Assembly: GCA_045837725.1 (NCBI GenBank)
Contig: JBEWZL010000163.1
Coordinates: 372,001 to 436,000 of the forward strand
DNA length: 64,000 nt
Reading direction: 5' to 3'
From: Vermamoeba vermiformis
Lineage: Eukaryota
A program made the translations under genes and the position numbers. Below the pieces are notes generated by a model. It was given only the letters and a program-made list of their open reading frames with translations, did not search any database and was not told the DNA's origin. Positions 25,209 to 37,184 of the stretch are shown here, piece by piece. Position 1 is the first letter of the stretch; the number at the start of each line of letters is the position of its first letter.

Positions 25209-26742
25209 TTAACCCGAGGTATTAGGGTGAGCATTGTAGCCCGCTGAGTTCAGGAACCCAGTTTGCGGAAACGCAACCGGCATCTGGTGAGCATTTCCCG
25301 AATGAGCGTTAAAGTTAACGTCTTGATGTTGGAGCTCCATGACATTGTCGCTCATCATCATGAGGTCCGTTTGCGAAACGAATTCTTGGTTTTGAACGTA
25401 TGCGTTGTGCACATCCAAGTACTTTCTGCCGGTTGACTTCTCGAAAATGTCGATAAGTTTCTTAATGGTGTGATAGAGATAGTCCGGTTCATTGTCGTTG
25501 AATGTTGCATATGCGCTCGGGACTCCTTGATTAGCGAAGTTGTGGAAGGCTTGACCGACCGGTTGGATCTGCTGGAAGTTGCGCTCAGGCACGAAGTCAG
25601 TAGTAGCGTATTGAGCCATCTGATAGTCTTGATCATAAGAAGGTGTCGGGTACTGTTGAGACGTTGCCAAGTTGCCGTTGTTGACCACTGCTGGTTCCGT
25701 GGGAATCTCCCGGAAGTGTTGATTTTCCGCGCTTGCCAAATGTGGTGCGGTTAACCTTGGACTCACCGGAGTTTGAGTGATCGTCTTTCTTCTCTTAGTT
25801 CGTGTCGATCGGCTCTTTGACTTGCCTTGCGCACACTTGGTTGGGGTCGGCTTGGTCTTCGTGGTGATTTTCGGCATCAAGTTGCAGAACACGGTGGGGT
25901 CGGTGTAGTCCTGACCTGTTAGCAACTTGTTGTAGTAGAAGAAGTGGTCACTGCCGGCATCAAACTCTGCAGTGAAGTACTTGTTCAAGTTGTCTTTGAT
26001 GAGCGAGATCTCGTGGCGGATCTCCTCAACTAAATTCTCCGAATTAGGGTCGCAACGGTTCATAATGCAATCAGTAGTGAAGGGTTGCGGCGAATCTAAA
26101 GTTAAGTAATAAATTATTGAGTTGTTCCGTTTGGCTATTTTTAGACACTTTCGGGTCAAACTGCGCTACCAAAACACAATAACTTCGCAGAAAAAACAAT
26201 ATATTCACCAATTCATTAATATTCATTCTTACCATAAGAACTTTGCTCGCTTGCACTGCAAGTTTCAACCGGATCTGCCGTCGGTTCGGAAGATCTTCCT
26301 TCCTTGTCCGGGCGATAGAGAGCCATCAGGAACAAAATCGTAATCAGCTCTTGACGCGATAGTTCGAGGTACCCATCACTATAAAATGCACAAGTAGGTT
26401 AATAAAGGTGAATTCTTTGCAAAAAAACTCTGGGAAAAGTTACGCCGCGTACCAGAGACTCGGGTCTGAAACTTCTATGTCTGCTTACCCTTTCTGCGGA
26501 CGAGCATGGGCACTCAAGCATACGAACCGGCCTTTGTCGGTATCGTAGCTTTTGTAGCTCTTATCTACTTGTGCTTGCGGGCTAGAGTAGCTCAAACATA
26601 GGTGGACGACCGGATCAAGCGTGGCCACGAGGTCCTTGTCAACTTGCTTGAGCTCGTTGCCAAAGAGATCTTCTTGACATACTTCGAGAAAGGACAAAGA
26701 ATCACGAGGGCGCTGGGTGTAGAAGGGAGGACTGGCTGACAT
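25209..26742 (-). CDS. Orphan protein C (3 exons), divergent paralog of A and B
   Basis: Exon 1 MSASPPF...HARPQK, exon 2 DGYLELSRQELITILFLMALYRPDKEG (about 26233-26380), exon 3 to the stop at 25209. Basic KSKSRSTRTKRRK and a Q/N-rich tail. Confidence 0.8.
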
Positions 26743-27751
26743 CTTGGTATACGTTAATGAGATCTTGCGTTGGTTGATTCTATTCTGCTGTGTGCTGTTC
26801 GACGCGTTGTGGGAATAAAACTGAATGGAATGGTCGCGCCGAATGACTTTTTTATCGTCCCCGTGTCATTCTATTCTTCTTGACACGTTTGGGAGTTAAG
26901 TGTCAACGAATCACAAAGTTAGGAATAGTGGTTACACAAAGTCCTTAACAATGTGAATAGGCACATAGTTCCTAGTGATACTTATGAATATGATTTTAAT
27001 AATATCGTGGCGGATAGTTATTAGTTGAGGCCTCAATCGGTTGCACTTACCAGGAATCACGCGTATTCTCCAACAAAAAACCGGAAATCACCCGAAATGA
27101 ATTCCTTAAAGGGAAAGTGCGTGCAGAGAATTGTCAAATTGCCCACAAATTCATTCAGCAGCGTTATGTACAAAGATCCGCATCCGGATGCTCAACTGCT
27201 AAATAAATCGCATTAGTTCCAAGTAAAATATGATTAAGGAAGGTAAAAATAGTATACTTTGAATGACGCGAGTGGTAGCTGAAACAGCTCGTCGAGAGGA
27301 TAATATTTGATTTTCTGTAAATAAATGCAGAATTTATTGCGCTTCAGCGACGGAATATTGAAAAAGAAACAGAATCTTTTTATAATAATGATTGCACGGA
27401 CAAAGATGGAAGCTTGTACAAAATTAGAAAGCAGAATTAAGCATTCTGCGGATTAATCGCCAAAACGCTTCACTTACGTTTAAACACTGCATGGTAAGGG
27501 AGTGCGTTATCATGTACCTATTAAACGAGACATGGGGCCTTAACTTTGGAAATTGGGATAGATTTTGGTTGTTGTGTTCGATCCTGTACTTTACAAAATT
27601 AGCACTACCAACCTCCGAGGGAAACGACGTTAGCTGGATTTACTTTAGTTCATATTTCGATTTTAATGCTACATTTATTTGATTTACATACTAATAAGAA
27701 TTAGATACAATTATTGCGGACAGATCTCCGGTAAAGTTTACCCGAAGTAAA

Positions 27752-28113
27752 TTACTTGAAGCCCTTTTTGGAGCCACAAGTGCAAGAAGGACGACCAGGC
27801 ATCATATTGTTGATCGCGTTGGTGCAGCTGGTGCAGATCTTGACAGCACAGCCCTTGTCCTTGCAAGTTTTCTGTTTGAAAAGAAAGCCGTTAGCAATCG
27901 GATCCCAAGGATTAACACTAAAATGATCGCTCAATATGACTACGATCAATAACAACAATCGATCGATAATCACGAGCATCAAACGTGATTTTAAATTAAC
28001 GGTAATTATTTTTTAATTTTGTAAAACAGGCCATGTGGCCCTCAATGATTAATAATGGTACTTACGCTGTAAACGTTGGAAGCGCTCTTTCCGCAAAGTG
28101 AACAGTTGGGCAT
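27752..28113 (-). CDS. 55-aa 8-Cys miniprotein, copy 1 (exons 28113-28066 and 27871-27752)
   Basis: MPNCSLCGKSASNVYS|KTCKDKGCAVKICTSCTNAINNMMPGRPSCTCGSKKGFK*. Canonical gtaagt...gctaac...cag intron. Near-identical second copy at 35567-35809. Confidence 0.9.
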
Positions 28114-28861
28114 TGTGTTTGATGTTGTTGATGAGTTGGTGTTGGTTGATGAAAATGATTACAACTGAACTCGCTTTTATGCTCGTCGGTGGCCCTGGTC
28201 AGCCCTGGTTATTGAATGGATCATTGGTGGTTGTGGACCCTGATAGAGTGCGTTTAGCCAATGAGACACCAAGGAAAAAATCTCGGTCGCGTTCTCGTCC
28301 GGTCGTTGTCCCATTGGAATTCGAGATTTTGTAATGGACACATTGACTCAATTACCTACAATTGTTGCTTTGCACGAAGAAGCACAGAGGCGAAAATAAC
28401 TGTGAGTAGAAGTAGACGATCTACGTCGTCGTGTCTCTTAGATCTGTTGACCAAGATCTCGGGCATCCAACAGCCATTCCTCGCGTAATTACTTCTAAAT
28501 TATGTTAATAATAATCCATACATTATTATCGTGAAATTGATTTGGACGTTGTTGTGTCAGCGTAATCCAGGATGCCGCCAAAAAAACATGCGAGCTGTTT
28601 TATAACAAATTCTAATTTAATTAAATTCATAAAATTTGTTATAAATATTCACGTATCTTAAAGCAAATCAAATTTGAAGGATTAGCCAGGAATTCAAATA
28701 TTAATATTTAGTGGTTATATTATACCTTGCGGCCACTTTAATCCATAAACTCAAGATTAAAGTTGCAAGTACCAGCTGATTACACAAGATTGCAAAATAA
28801 CCAAAAAAGATAAATTCCGAACGGAAGGCAGTTCAACCAGTACTTTTCATCAACCCAACAC

Positions 28862-31339
28862 ATGTGCAACACAAACACATCTCTTCTCGTGCTTTGCGCG
28901 CTCATAGCTAGTGTCATCACTACTACACAGGCAGATTATGGCTCCGTGGCATTCGCGACTTACCTTGGTGGATCAGGCGCAGATGACGCTCGCGCGGTCG
29001 TCTTTGCTAACGATGGCGATATCGTCGTAGGAGGTTACATTCCTACGCGCGACGGAGGTGTAGCGTCTACAGCAACTAACAAGCTGGCAGATGGCAATGG
29101 CTTTTTGATCAAGATCTCGCCATCCGATTGGAGCGTCAAGGTAAACGAACAACATCGTATACTAATACTTCAATAAAATATTACTAACTCGTTAATTTGA
29201 CTAGAAATTTGTTGGATTTTGCGAAGTTGAATCAAAAGGCATCGTTGTAAACCCATCAGACGGTAGTTACTTCGTTGCTTGCTCCGATAGAAGTAAGTAA
29301 AGCACAAATACGTTAATAGCGAGTAATTTCCTTAAATTTGACCGGTATTTTGGTAAATTTACCGCAACACGAAAAATCTTTCAAGATCCGGAGTACGTCT
29401 TCGTTTATTTTCTGGTTTTATGACTGCACCATATTATACCCTATTGTATCGTATACATGACGCTTTATCCACGTTTGTCAAAATTGATAGCGATGTACTA
29501 ACTTCAATTAGTCGTGCGTGTCGACAAAGATCTGAACTTCGTGATTGCAACGGCGACAAATGTGAACTGCTTCGGTCCTATCGACTATGTCAACGATAAC
29601 GGACGTGTAGATGTCGTTGTCATCCATCCGACCAACAGAGTGTCCCGATACAATGGCACGGATCTCATTCGAGTCTGGAGCACTCCGACAGGAAAATCAA
29701 ATCTTGCAGGTATGAAGTAACATCATTACATCGTCATACTAACGAGCGGAGCGGATGTACCCTTCGGATACTGACACGTGCGTTTTTTTTAGCCTTGGCT
29801 GTTGACAAACAAACTAACTACATCTACGCCGGTGGCTATCAGAACACCAACACAGGCTTCGAGCCATACAAGTAAGATCTTGTCATGCTTGCCGAGTTTG
29901 ACTTAGATTGACGTGTTCATTGCCACAGGTCTCCTTACATCTACCGTTACAACTCTGCTGATGGCTCTCGTGACACCAACTGGAAGATGTATGATTGGTC
30001 TGGCCCTGAGGTAAGTTAGCAAGCACTATGTCGTGACATATCACTAACGCGTAGTAGGTTCGAGATTGCGGTGGCACTTGTGCTGATAGGAACTTGCAAG
30101 CGGACACTGACGTGCAACAACTCCGCTACGACAGCACGAGTGGCAGAATGTGGCTCGGCATTGTACGTACACTTACACTACGTTGCAAATGAACCTTATC
30201 TTATTCGTTAATAGGGTACCGATGGCGGCAACACAGTTATCACCAAAAGCACGAGCTCGCTCACTACACCTCAAGCAGCGCTTGATGGATCGTGCTACGC
30301 GAGTGCGTGCTTCGGATACAAAGGTGCCAAGAGCCCTGGTGCCTTTGCGAAGATCAAGTCTGACTACTCGGATCTGGATGTGGCCTCATTCGTCGTTCCT
30401 TATTTGGGCATTAGCTCGTGTACTACGTGCAACACAACAGTAAGTTGAATATAGATTTGTGACTTACATCTAACGACTTGGTAGTTGAAGCGAAATTATC
30501 CAGTGTGCAAGTGTCACAGCACTCCTGACGGCCCAAATTCAATGGTTATTGACGGTGCTTTTGATTTCACATTGAACAATGAAGATCTTGTGATTGCTTA
30601 CGGCCCTTCGTACTCGCGAGCCCCCGAAACTTTGAACGCTTGGTACTTCAACTCAGCGTAAGTTATAACATTCAATTGTATACAAGTCGATTGTTAATGT
30701 TGGCTATTAGCTATGCTGGCGGAATCAATTGGATTGGAATCTTCGATAAAAATCTGGAAGGTCTCAAGATGAGCACGTTGCTTCAAGGCACCAAATCGGC
30801 CAATCACGCGGCAATAAGCAGTTCGCGTAAGTGACAGCAATTTGCATTGTAATTGCACCAGCTAATCACCATATAGTATTGTTCGTCACCGTTGGCACGA
30901 CCCAAGTTCCATCAGCCCCCTCAAACAGCAATGTTGACGCGCTGGTAAGTCAAGGCTTTTGTTACGGGTCGATTGAATTAATTAATTCCTTTACCAGGGA
31001 AATCAATTCCTCAATAACCTGCCTGTCGCTAATGCCGTGCAAAGTGACTTCGGAGGAGGCTCCGGCGACGGTTACATTTACGTTCATTGCTTGAAGTACG
31101 GATCAGAAGTGCCTAGTTTCTAAGATGTTAATATTAATTATTTCTATAACAGCCCTAGCGGTCAATGTGGTTCAGTAGTCGCACCTCCTTACAACCCAAA
31201 CAATCCGGGCCAATCGAATCCAAACACGAACACGCCCGGCAGCACCAACGCTCCTGGTAAATCCCAAACAAGCAATGCACTCTCGTTAGGCGCTTCAATC
31301 AGTTTCATTGCTATTTCGTTGTGCCAATTAATCTTGTAG
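28862..31339 (+). CDS. Secreted beta-propeller-like protein with a P/N/T-rich stalk and GPI-type hydrophobic tail, many exons
   Basis: Signal peptide; ATYLGGSGADDARAV (SBBP-like repeat start); GGGSGDGYI; C-terminal PNNPGQSNPNTNTPG...SLGASISFIAISLCQLIL*. Confidence 0.75.
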
Positions 31340-31451
31340 GTGCTATAAATAAAATTAAGTGGAAACATGTCACCTAGGTGGACTGGCATTGGGACGGTAA
31401 AAAAACACGGCGATATACTGCGTTTTTTATTATTCTTACCACAAACCGTCA

Positions 31452-34400
31452 ATGGCTAGCATAGACTTGATAGAGGACGTTTGGCGCCAAATATTTTGTA
31501 TTTTCCCTTCCGCTCAAAGAGCACCACTAGCACAAGTAAGTTCCAAAATGCTCAATCATTTTTAATGAAGCTCAAGAAAGCTTTAGATTATACTGGCCGT
31601 TGATAATTAATTTTCAACCATTTTATTCTTGTAATTTATAAAATAATTATAATTAGGTATGCAAGCGATGGAAATATATAATCCTGCATCCAAACTCATG
31701 GAGATCAATCGAGTATATTCGAAAGAATGGATCGGTGGTACTCGCGGCTGCTCATTTAATTGGAAAGACTAGATCTTTCTTCAATTTCTTGAGCAAATAT
31801 TGCACTGCCGCTGAAGATCTTGTTGTACATACAGACATTGAACATTCTTGTGCAGACTTTCTGGATCGAATCTTTCAGATTCGAACGTTACGCAGAGTTA
31901 GCCTTGATATTAGCCCGTACGGCTTGACTTCGTTATGTCTTAGCAAACCAGCGCTGTGTAAAGACCTGGAGATATTGAACATAAAAGGTGGAGGCATTAT
32001 TGCAGGCTTCGAAGCAATTTGGTTGGTGAGTCCAGATTTGGGTCCGAAATCTGAACATAACGTTGAACTCAATATTACTATCACTTCTAGGAGCTCACGA
32101 ACCTCAAAGAACTCTACCTTGATTATTTTTGCGACTTGGCGAAGCCTCTTACCGCGCTCAAAAAACTGCAGTGATTCGGAGAAGGTCCTTTAACAGCAAT
32201 TGAACGGGCGATACGAGAGTCTGATACAAATGTTAAGCTTGTAATATTGACGCCTAGGGGCTCGCAATTGGGCCAAACTCACATTTATGAGCCAATGCAG
32301 ATCAACAACACTTTGCTCGTGTGGCATAATACCTTTACCGTAGATCTTCTGATTTCTAAAAATATACGCCTTATAGAGCTTCTTTTGGATACTAGCGAAG
32401 CTGAAGGCATAATCAACGTCCTTGCAGCATATGGGGATTTTTCAGACGAGGAGTTGGTTCGTATTGTTAAGGATCACAAGCTTTCAGTGAACACAGTGTA
32501 AGGATGTTAATATTTGAATATTATATTCAGCTTTAACACAGATTTAATAGGGTCGATGAATCCTTCTCGCACTTCAGACCAAACCTTTTTAATCGAAGAC
32601 CGCGGGTAAGAAATTAAAATTGTCTTTTCATGATTTAATCGATAAATATAACATAATCAGGACTACCCTTTAAAAACAGCGGTGGTTTGTGACTCATCAG
32701 TGCTAAGGATTGCAACATTGATCATGCTCGGAGCAGATCCGAACTCCCCACTTCACGATGACTCGCCGCTCTGTGGCGCAAGTGTTGCTCGAGCATGGGG
32801 CAAACATCAATGCCCAAGACGAGCTGGGAATAACGCCATTGATGGCTTGGTTCTACGGATACAACTACCACGGCGAAGGCGTACAATTAAAAACTTTTTA
32901 CGACAATACAAAGTCATTGCTTCGACACAAAGGCATTGACTTCACCCTAACTGACAAGGTACGGTACATTGATTTTTCACTTGACGGTCGAACGTAACAA
33001 CCTAATTCTCAGAATTTCAATCGATCTGTCGTCCACTTAATGGCTTGCTTTGCTCCGTGGAGTTTGTTAGACATTGTGCTGAAAGGAAAAGAATCTCACG
33101 ACCTGCTCGAGGCGAGGTATTCCAAGTTGCTACGTACTTTGTATTAATACTAATGATATGCTATATAGAGATGTCGATGGCCTTACTCCACTACATCATG
33201 CAGCCATGTTCTGCAACTACGATATGATCTCATATCTGATCAAGAACGGTGCAAATGTCAATGCTCAGAGCTACTCGTTGAAACTGACACGTGAGTCTAC
33301 GGCATTCTATCGATTACTTAATGTTACTAATGGTATTACTATAGCGTTGATGATATTCTTTGCTATACACCAGCACAATCAATCGTCTCATATTCATTGG
33401 CTCGAGCATTGCAACACGATGATGTTGGGCAGATTTATCGACACAGATATTTCAAAGTTAGTATATACTAGCTATTATTTAGCATTATTATTAACGAATA
33501 TTAATTTTAAGCACCAAAAATTCTTCGAAGTATTGTACGTTCCAGGAGCCTGGTTGGATCGCACAATTTAGAAAATCAAAGCAATCTTCTTTTGCGCCGT
33601 AAGAGACGGAATATACTGGCAAATACTACTATGGATATTAACAAGCATGTTATAGTCTGATCAATCTATTTTCGAGGGACGCATCTTGGACAATGTTATC
33701 AACCGACAACGCGGATCTGACACTGAGCGATCGATTTGGAAACACCTTGCTACATTCGGTATGTATTAGCGGATAGTAATCAATGAATATATGTTAACGC
33801 AAAATTAGTTTATTAAAAGTCAATATTGGAAAACGAAGCCGATAGCAGATCTGGCCAGATCTACTTTCGGCAAATTAGATTCCTTGTGGAACCATCGCAA
33901 TGCTAAAGGCGAGACACCGTTTCACTTGTAAGCTCGGCTTGATGACATTGTATGAATATAAGACCTAATACTGTTATTCAAAGGCTTCTCCGGGTTTATG
34001 AAGTCACTTGGCACAGCTTCCCGCAATTTGCCGAATTAATTAACAAACACAAGATCGATATACTTTTGGAGGATAACAAAGGCGTGTCTGCGCTAGAACT
34101 GTTATTAACAATGCCATCGTTATCGATTCCAGAAAAACTACAAGCGATGCACATTGCCAAAAAAGGCAAGTCTCCGCATATTTTTTCGGATAATATTTGA
34201 AGCTAACAATCACGTGGTGGGCATGCAGACTCCATTCAAGTGCCAAAATCTGTCCCTTCGCAGCACAAAAAATCTTCGCAAAAGTCATATTTGCACTCGG
34301 TGCTGCAAGCCCGCTCAGCGCAAATCAACCTCAATTTGGTGCAGTCAATAGTGACGCACTTTGAGAGCGAAATCAACGCACAAGACGATGATGGCAACAC

Positions 34401-35089
34401 GCCACTGATGGCACTCTTGCAACGATATTTCGGTGACGCTCCTCACTCACTTCGCCCAACACAACCAAAGAAAGGTGATCAAAACGCCGACAAAGATGAG
34501 GTGGTGCATGTAGAGGGCGATCCGAGAAACTTATTGCCTTTTATGGAATACCTGATCACGTGTCCTGACGCAGACCTGAACATTCAAAACAACGCAGGAG
34601 ACACAGCGCTGCACATTGTGTGTCGATACTTCCATGTTGGTGCGCTCGAAGCAATGCTGTGCAACTTGAACTCGTTTGAACAAGCGTCAAAGTACTGCCT
34701 GTTTGCATTCAAACTGCTCGCTGGTACGTAACACTGTTCATGAACCTGACTCATTTCTTGAAATATCTTGGGCGATAGTTAATTTTTCACAGCTGATTTG
34801 AAAATTAATTATTGCTATCGCCCTTTTCATGGGCTTTCAACGATACAGGACACCTTTTATTATGACCTCGGTTGTTGGCTTCATATTAATAGTGAGCTTA
34901 TTTGTGACAGGTGGAGCACAAGCGACGATCAAAAACAATGCAGGTGAAACAGCACTCGATTACGCACCCATGTTGATGCATCATTATCAACACGTCTATC
35001 CGCGCATCAAAGATTACAAACCGCACCCACGCACGACGACGGATCTGTTCAAAGGCCCATACGACTTGTCTGACTTTGATCGAGACTAG
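31452..35089 (+). CDS. N-terminal F-box + LRR-like segment + long ankyrin-repeat array
   Basis: F-box LIEDVWRQIF...LAQ|VCKRW; ankyrin repeats GANINAQDELGITPL, DGLTPLHHAA, GNTPLMAL, GDTALHIVC, GETALDYA. Confidence 0.85.
34166..34228 (+). other. GC-AG intron in the F-box/ankyrin gene
   Basis: AAA G|gcaagt...gctaac...gcag|AC TCC joins in frame to ORF 34240-34731. Confidence 0.7.
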
Positions 35090-35378
35090 CACTCACGCGT
35101 ACGAAGAGCAACAACAGGCTTAATTAACCTTCGTAAAAAGTTTTACCCAGATTTTCGAAGATCTCGCCGGATCTCGATGATAAACCGGCTTGTTAAGTAT
35201 TCATTAAATGTTCTATTAACTAACTTATAACGATATGTTGCGCCTTATCTTCGGTAACAAAAAATGTAGGTAAAGTGTCTCGAGGTGTCAATTTGTCCGT
35301 ACACAAATGGAATTCCAGCACCGGACAGGTCGGATAAAAAACAGGACAGGCAAATTTGAATTGTGGCGATCAGGGTAT

Positions 35379-35505
35379 ACCAGGGCAATGTCGAACATAA
35401 CAGCGAATTCCGGATGTCGCCTACCAGGGCTCCACAATGAGGAGATTATTGATTCGGACCGATTCAATAACCAGGGCTGACCAGGGCCACCGGCCAGCAT
35501 AAAAG
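35379..35505 (+). promoter_or_regulatory. Promoter of the 8-Cys miniprotein copy 2: four ACCAGGGC boxes and a TATA-like CATAAAAG
   Basis: ACCAGGGC at 35379, 35423, 35470 and 35480; CATAAAAG at 35498. The proximal pair and TATA-like box are conserved in copy 1 (GCCCTGGT at 28192 and 28202). Confidence 0.65.
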
Positions 35506-35566
35506 CGATTTCAGATGTAATCATTTTCATCAACCAAACACCAACTCATCATCAACATCAAACACA

Positions 35567-35809
35567 ATGCCCAACTGCTCACTTTGCGGAAAGAGTGCTT
35601 CCACTGTTTACAGCGTAAGTACCATTTTAAATCCATTATCACGAGCATCAAACGTGATTTCACTTTGCTAAAGGTTTTGTTTCAAACAGAAAACTTGCAA
35701 GGATAAGGGCTGTGCCGTCAAGATCTGCACCAGCTGCACCAACTTGGTCAACAATATGATGCCTGGTCGTCCTTCTTGCACTTGTGGCTCCAAAAAGGGC
35801 TTCAAATAA
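35567..35809 (+). CDS. 55-aa 8-Cys miniprotein, copy 2 (exons 35567-35614 and 35690-35809)
   Basis: MPNCSLCGKSASTVYS|KTCKDKGCAVKICTSCTNLVNNMMPGRPSCTCGSKKGFK*. Three amino-acid differences from copy 1. Confidence 0.9.
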
Positions 35810-36089
35810 TTGGATCTTATCGCCCGTACTTTTGACCAATTGACAGAACAGATATGATGTTGTTTAAGTAAACTATGATTCGAATTTTAATATCGTACGA
35901 TAATTAATTTGACCTGCGAGTGTCATTAGCGATCACGTGATCACTTTGCCTGCGAAGTTGGTTTGAGAACAAGGCACTGCCGTTCAGTGAATGCATCGTG
36001 TCAACTCGAAATTGACACGCGTGTCATTTGGAAAACTAATCCTTAAGCGTTTACTAATCAACAATACAGCATTTGCAAAAAGCCTAGTA

Positions 36090-37184
36090 TTACTTAAAAG
36101 CAGCAGCGTTCTCGTGGAGCCATTCTTTGAATGACTTGCCTTTGGATCCGGTCAAATTCTCCAAGTCCTTGTAGTGTACGTCATAATAGCCATCGCGGAA
36201 GTACTGATACATATTAGAATAGCCATCGATAGCCTCTTGATTAGGCATCCAGTGCTTGGCTTGGTCGCGCAAAGTTGCGTCATCCAGCGGGATGTAGTCG
36301 ATCTTTTCGCCAAGCTCGGCACTAAACAGATCCGCGATTTGTTGGTGAGTGAAGTTATCGGGACCAGTAATATAATAGTCCTTATTCTCATGGCCTGGGG
36401 TCGTTAAGGCAATTACTGCCACGGAAGCAATGTCGCCATTGTAAATGAAATTCATTTTCGCATCTGCTGCAGCTTTGAAGATTTTCTTATGTTGCTTAAT
36501 ATTAGGAGCATCAAAGTTGAGGAAATTCGAGTAAAATGAAGACGGGCGGAGAGATGTGACGGCTAATCCAGCTTGCTTCAAAATTTCGTCTGATTGATGG
36601 TGTTCTTTGCCCCAAATAAATTTGTCAGGGTTCTCACTGCCCAATGCCGCTAATTTTACCACGTGTTTGACGCCGTTCTCTAAGCGAGATTTTTATTAGA
36701 TCCGAGAGCACGTGACGGAAAATAAAATTAAATATCAAATTTAATATTTGTTGGAAAGCCCGAATACTGTGATTAATATTTGTAAATCTATTTGTTATAT
36801 TTATTGGCACAAAATTGAAATTTGAGTGTAATTTTGCTTTTTACGCACTTTTTGCAGCATTAGCTACGGTCTGTGTGGTCGGAATGGTTTGGCCTGATAT
36901 GAATATTAATTTACACCTAAATTATGCTCAATTTTCGGCAAATATTTACCTGGAGGCAAGCCTAAGAAAATTTTCTCGATCCCTTTCAGAGCGGCATCCA
37001 AGGAATTTTGATCGTATAAATTAATTAGTACTGGCTCTACTTTATCTCCATATTTCTTTTTCAGTTCTTCTCCTTTAGCTGCGTCTCGCACACCAGCTTT
37101 GAAGTGGATTCCTTTTTTAGCAAGTTGTTCGACCACCAGCGATCCGATGCTTCCAGTAGGTGCGAATACAAAAATATTAGACAT
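36090..37184 (-). CDS. NmrA-like / atypical SDR NAD(P)H-binding oxidoreductase
   Basis: IFVFAPTGSIGSLVVEQL Rossmann start, GIEKIFL, TSLRPSSFYSN, DIASVA...YYITGP. Confidence 0.88.

Noticed and set aside
27752-35809. Inverted repeats read as the termini of a DNA transposon
   Set aside because: The repeats are spliced genes with promoters, and no transposase or target-site duplication is visible.
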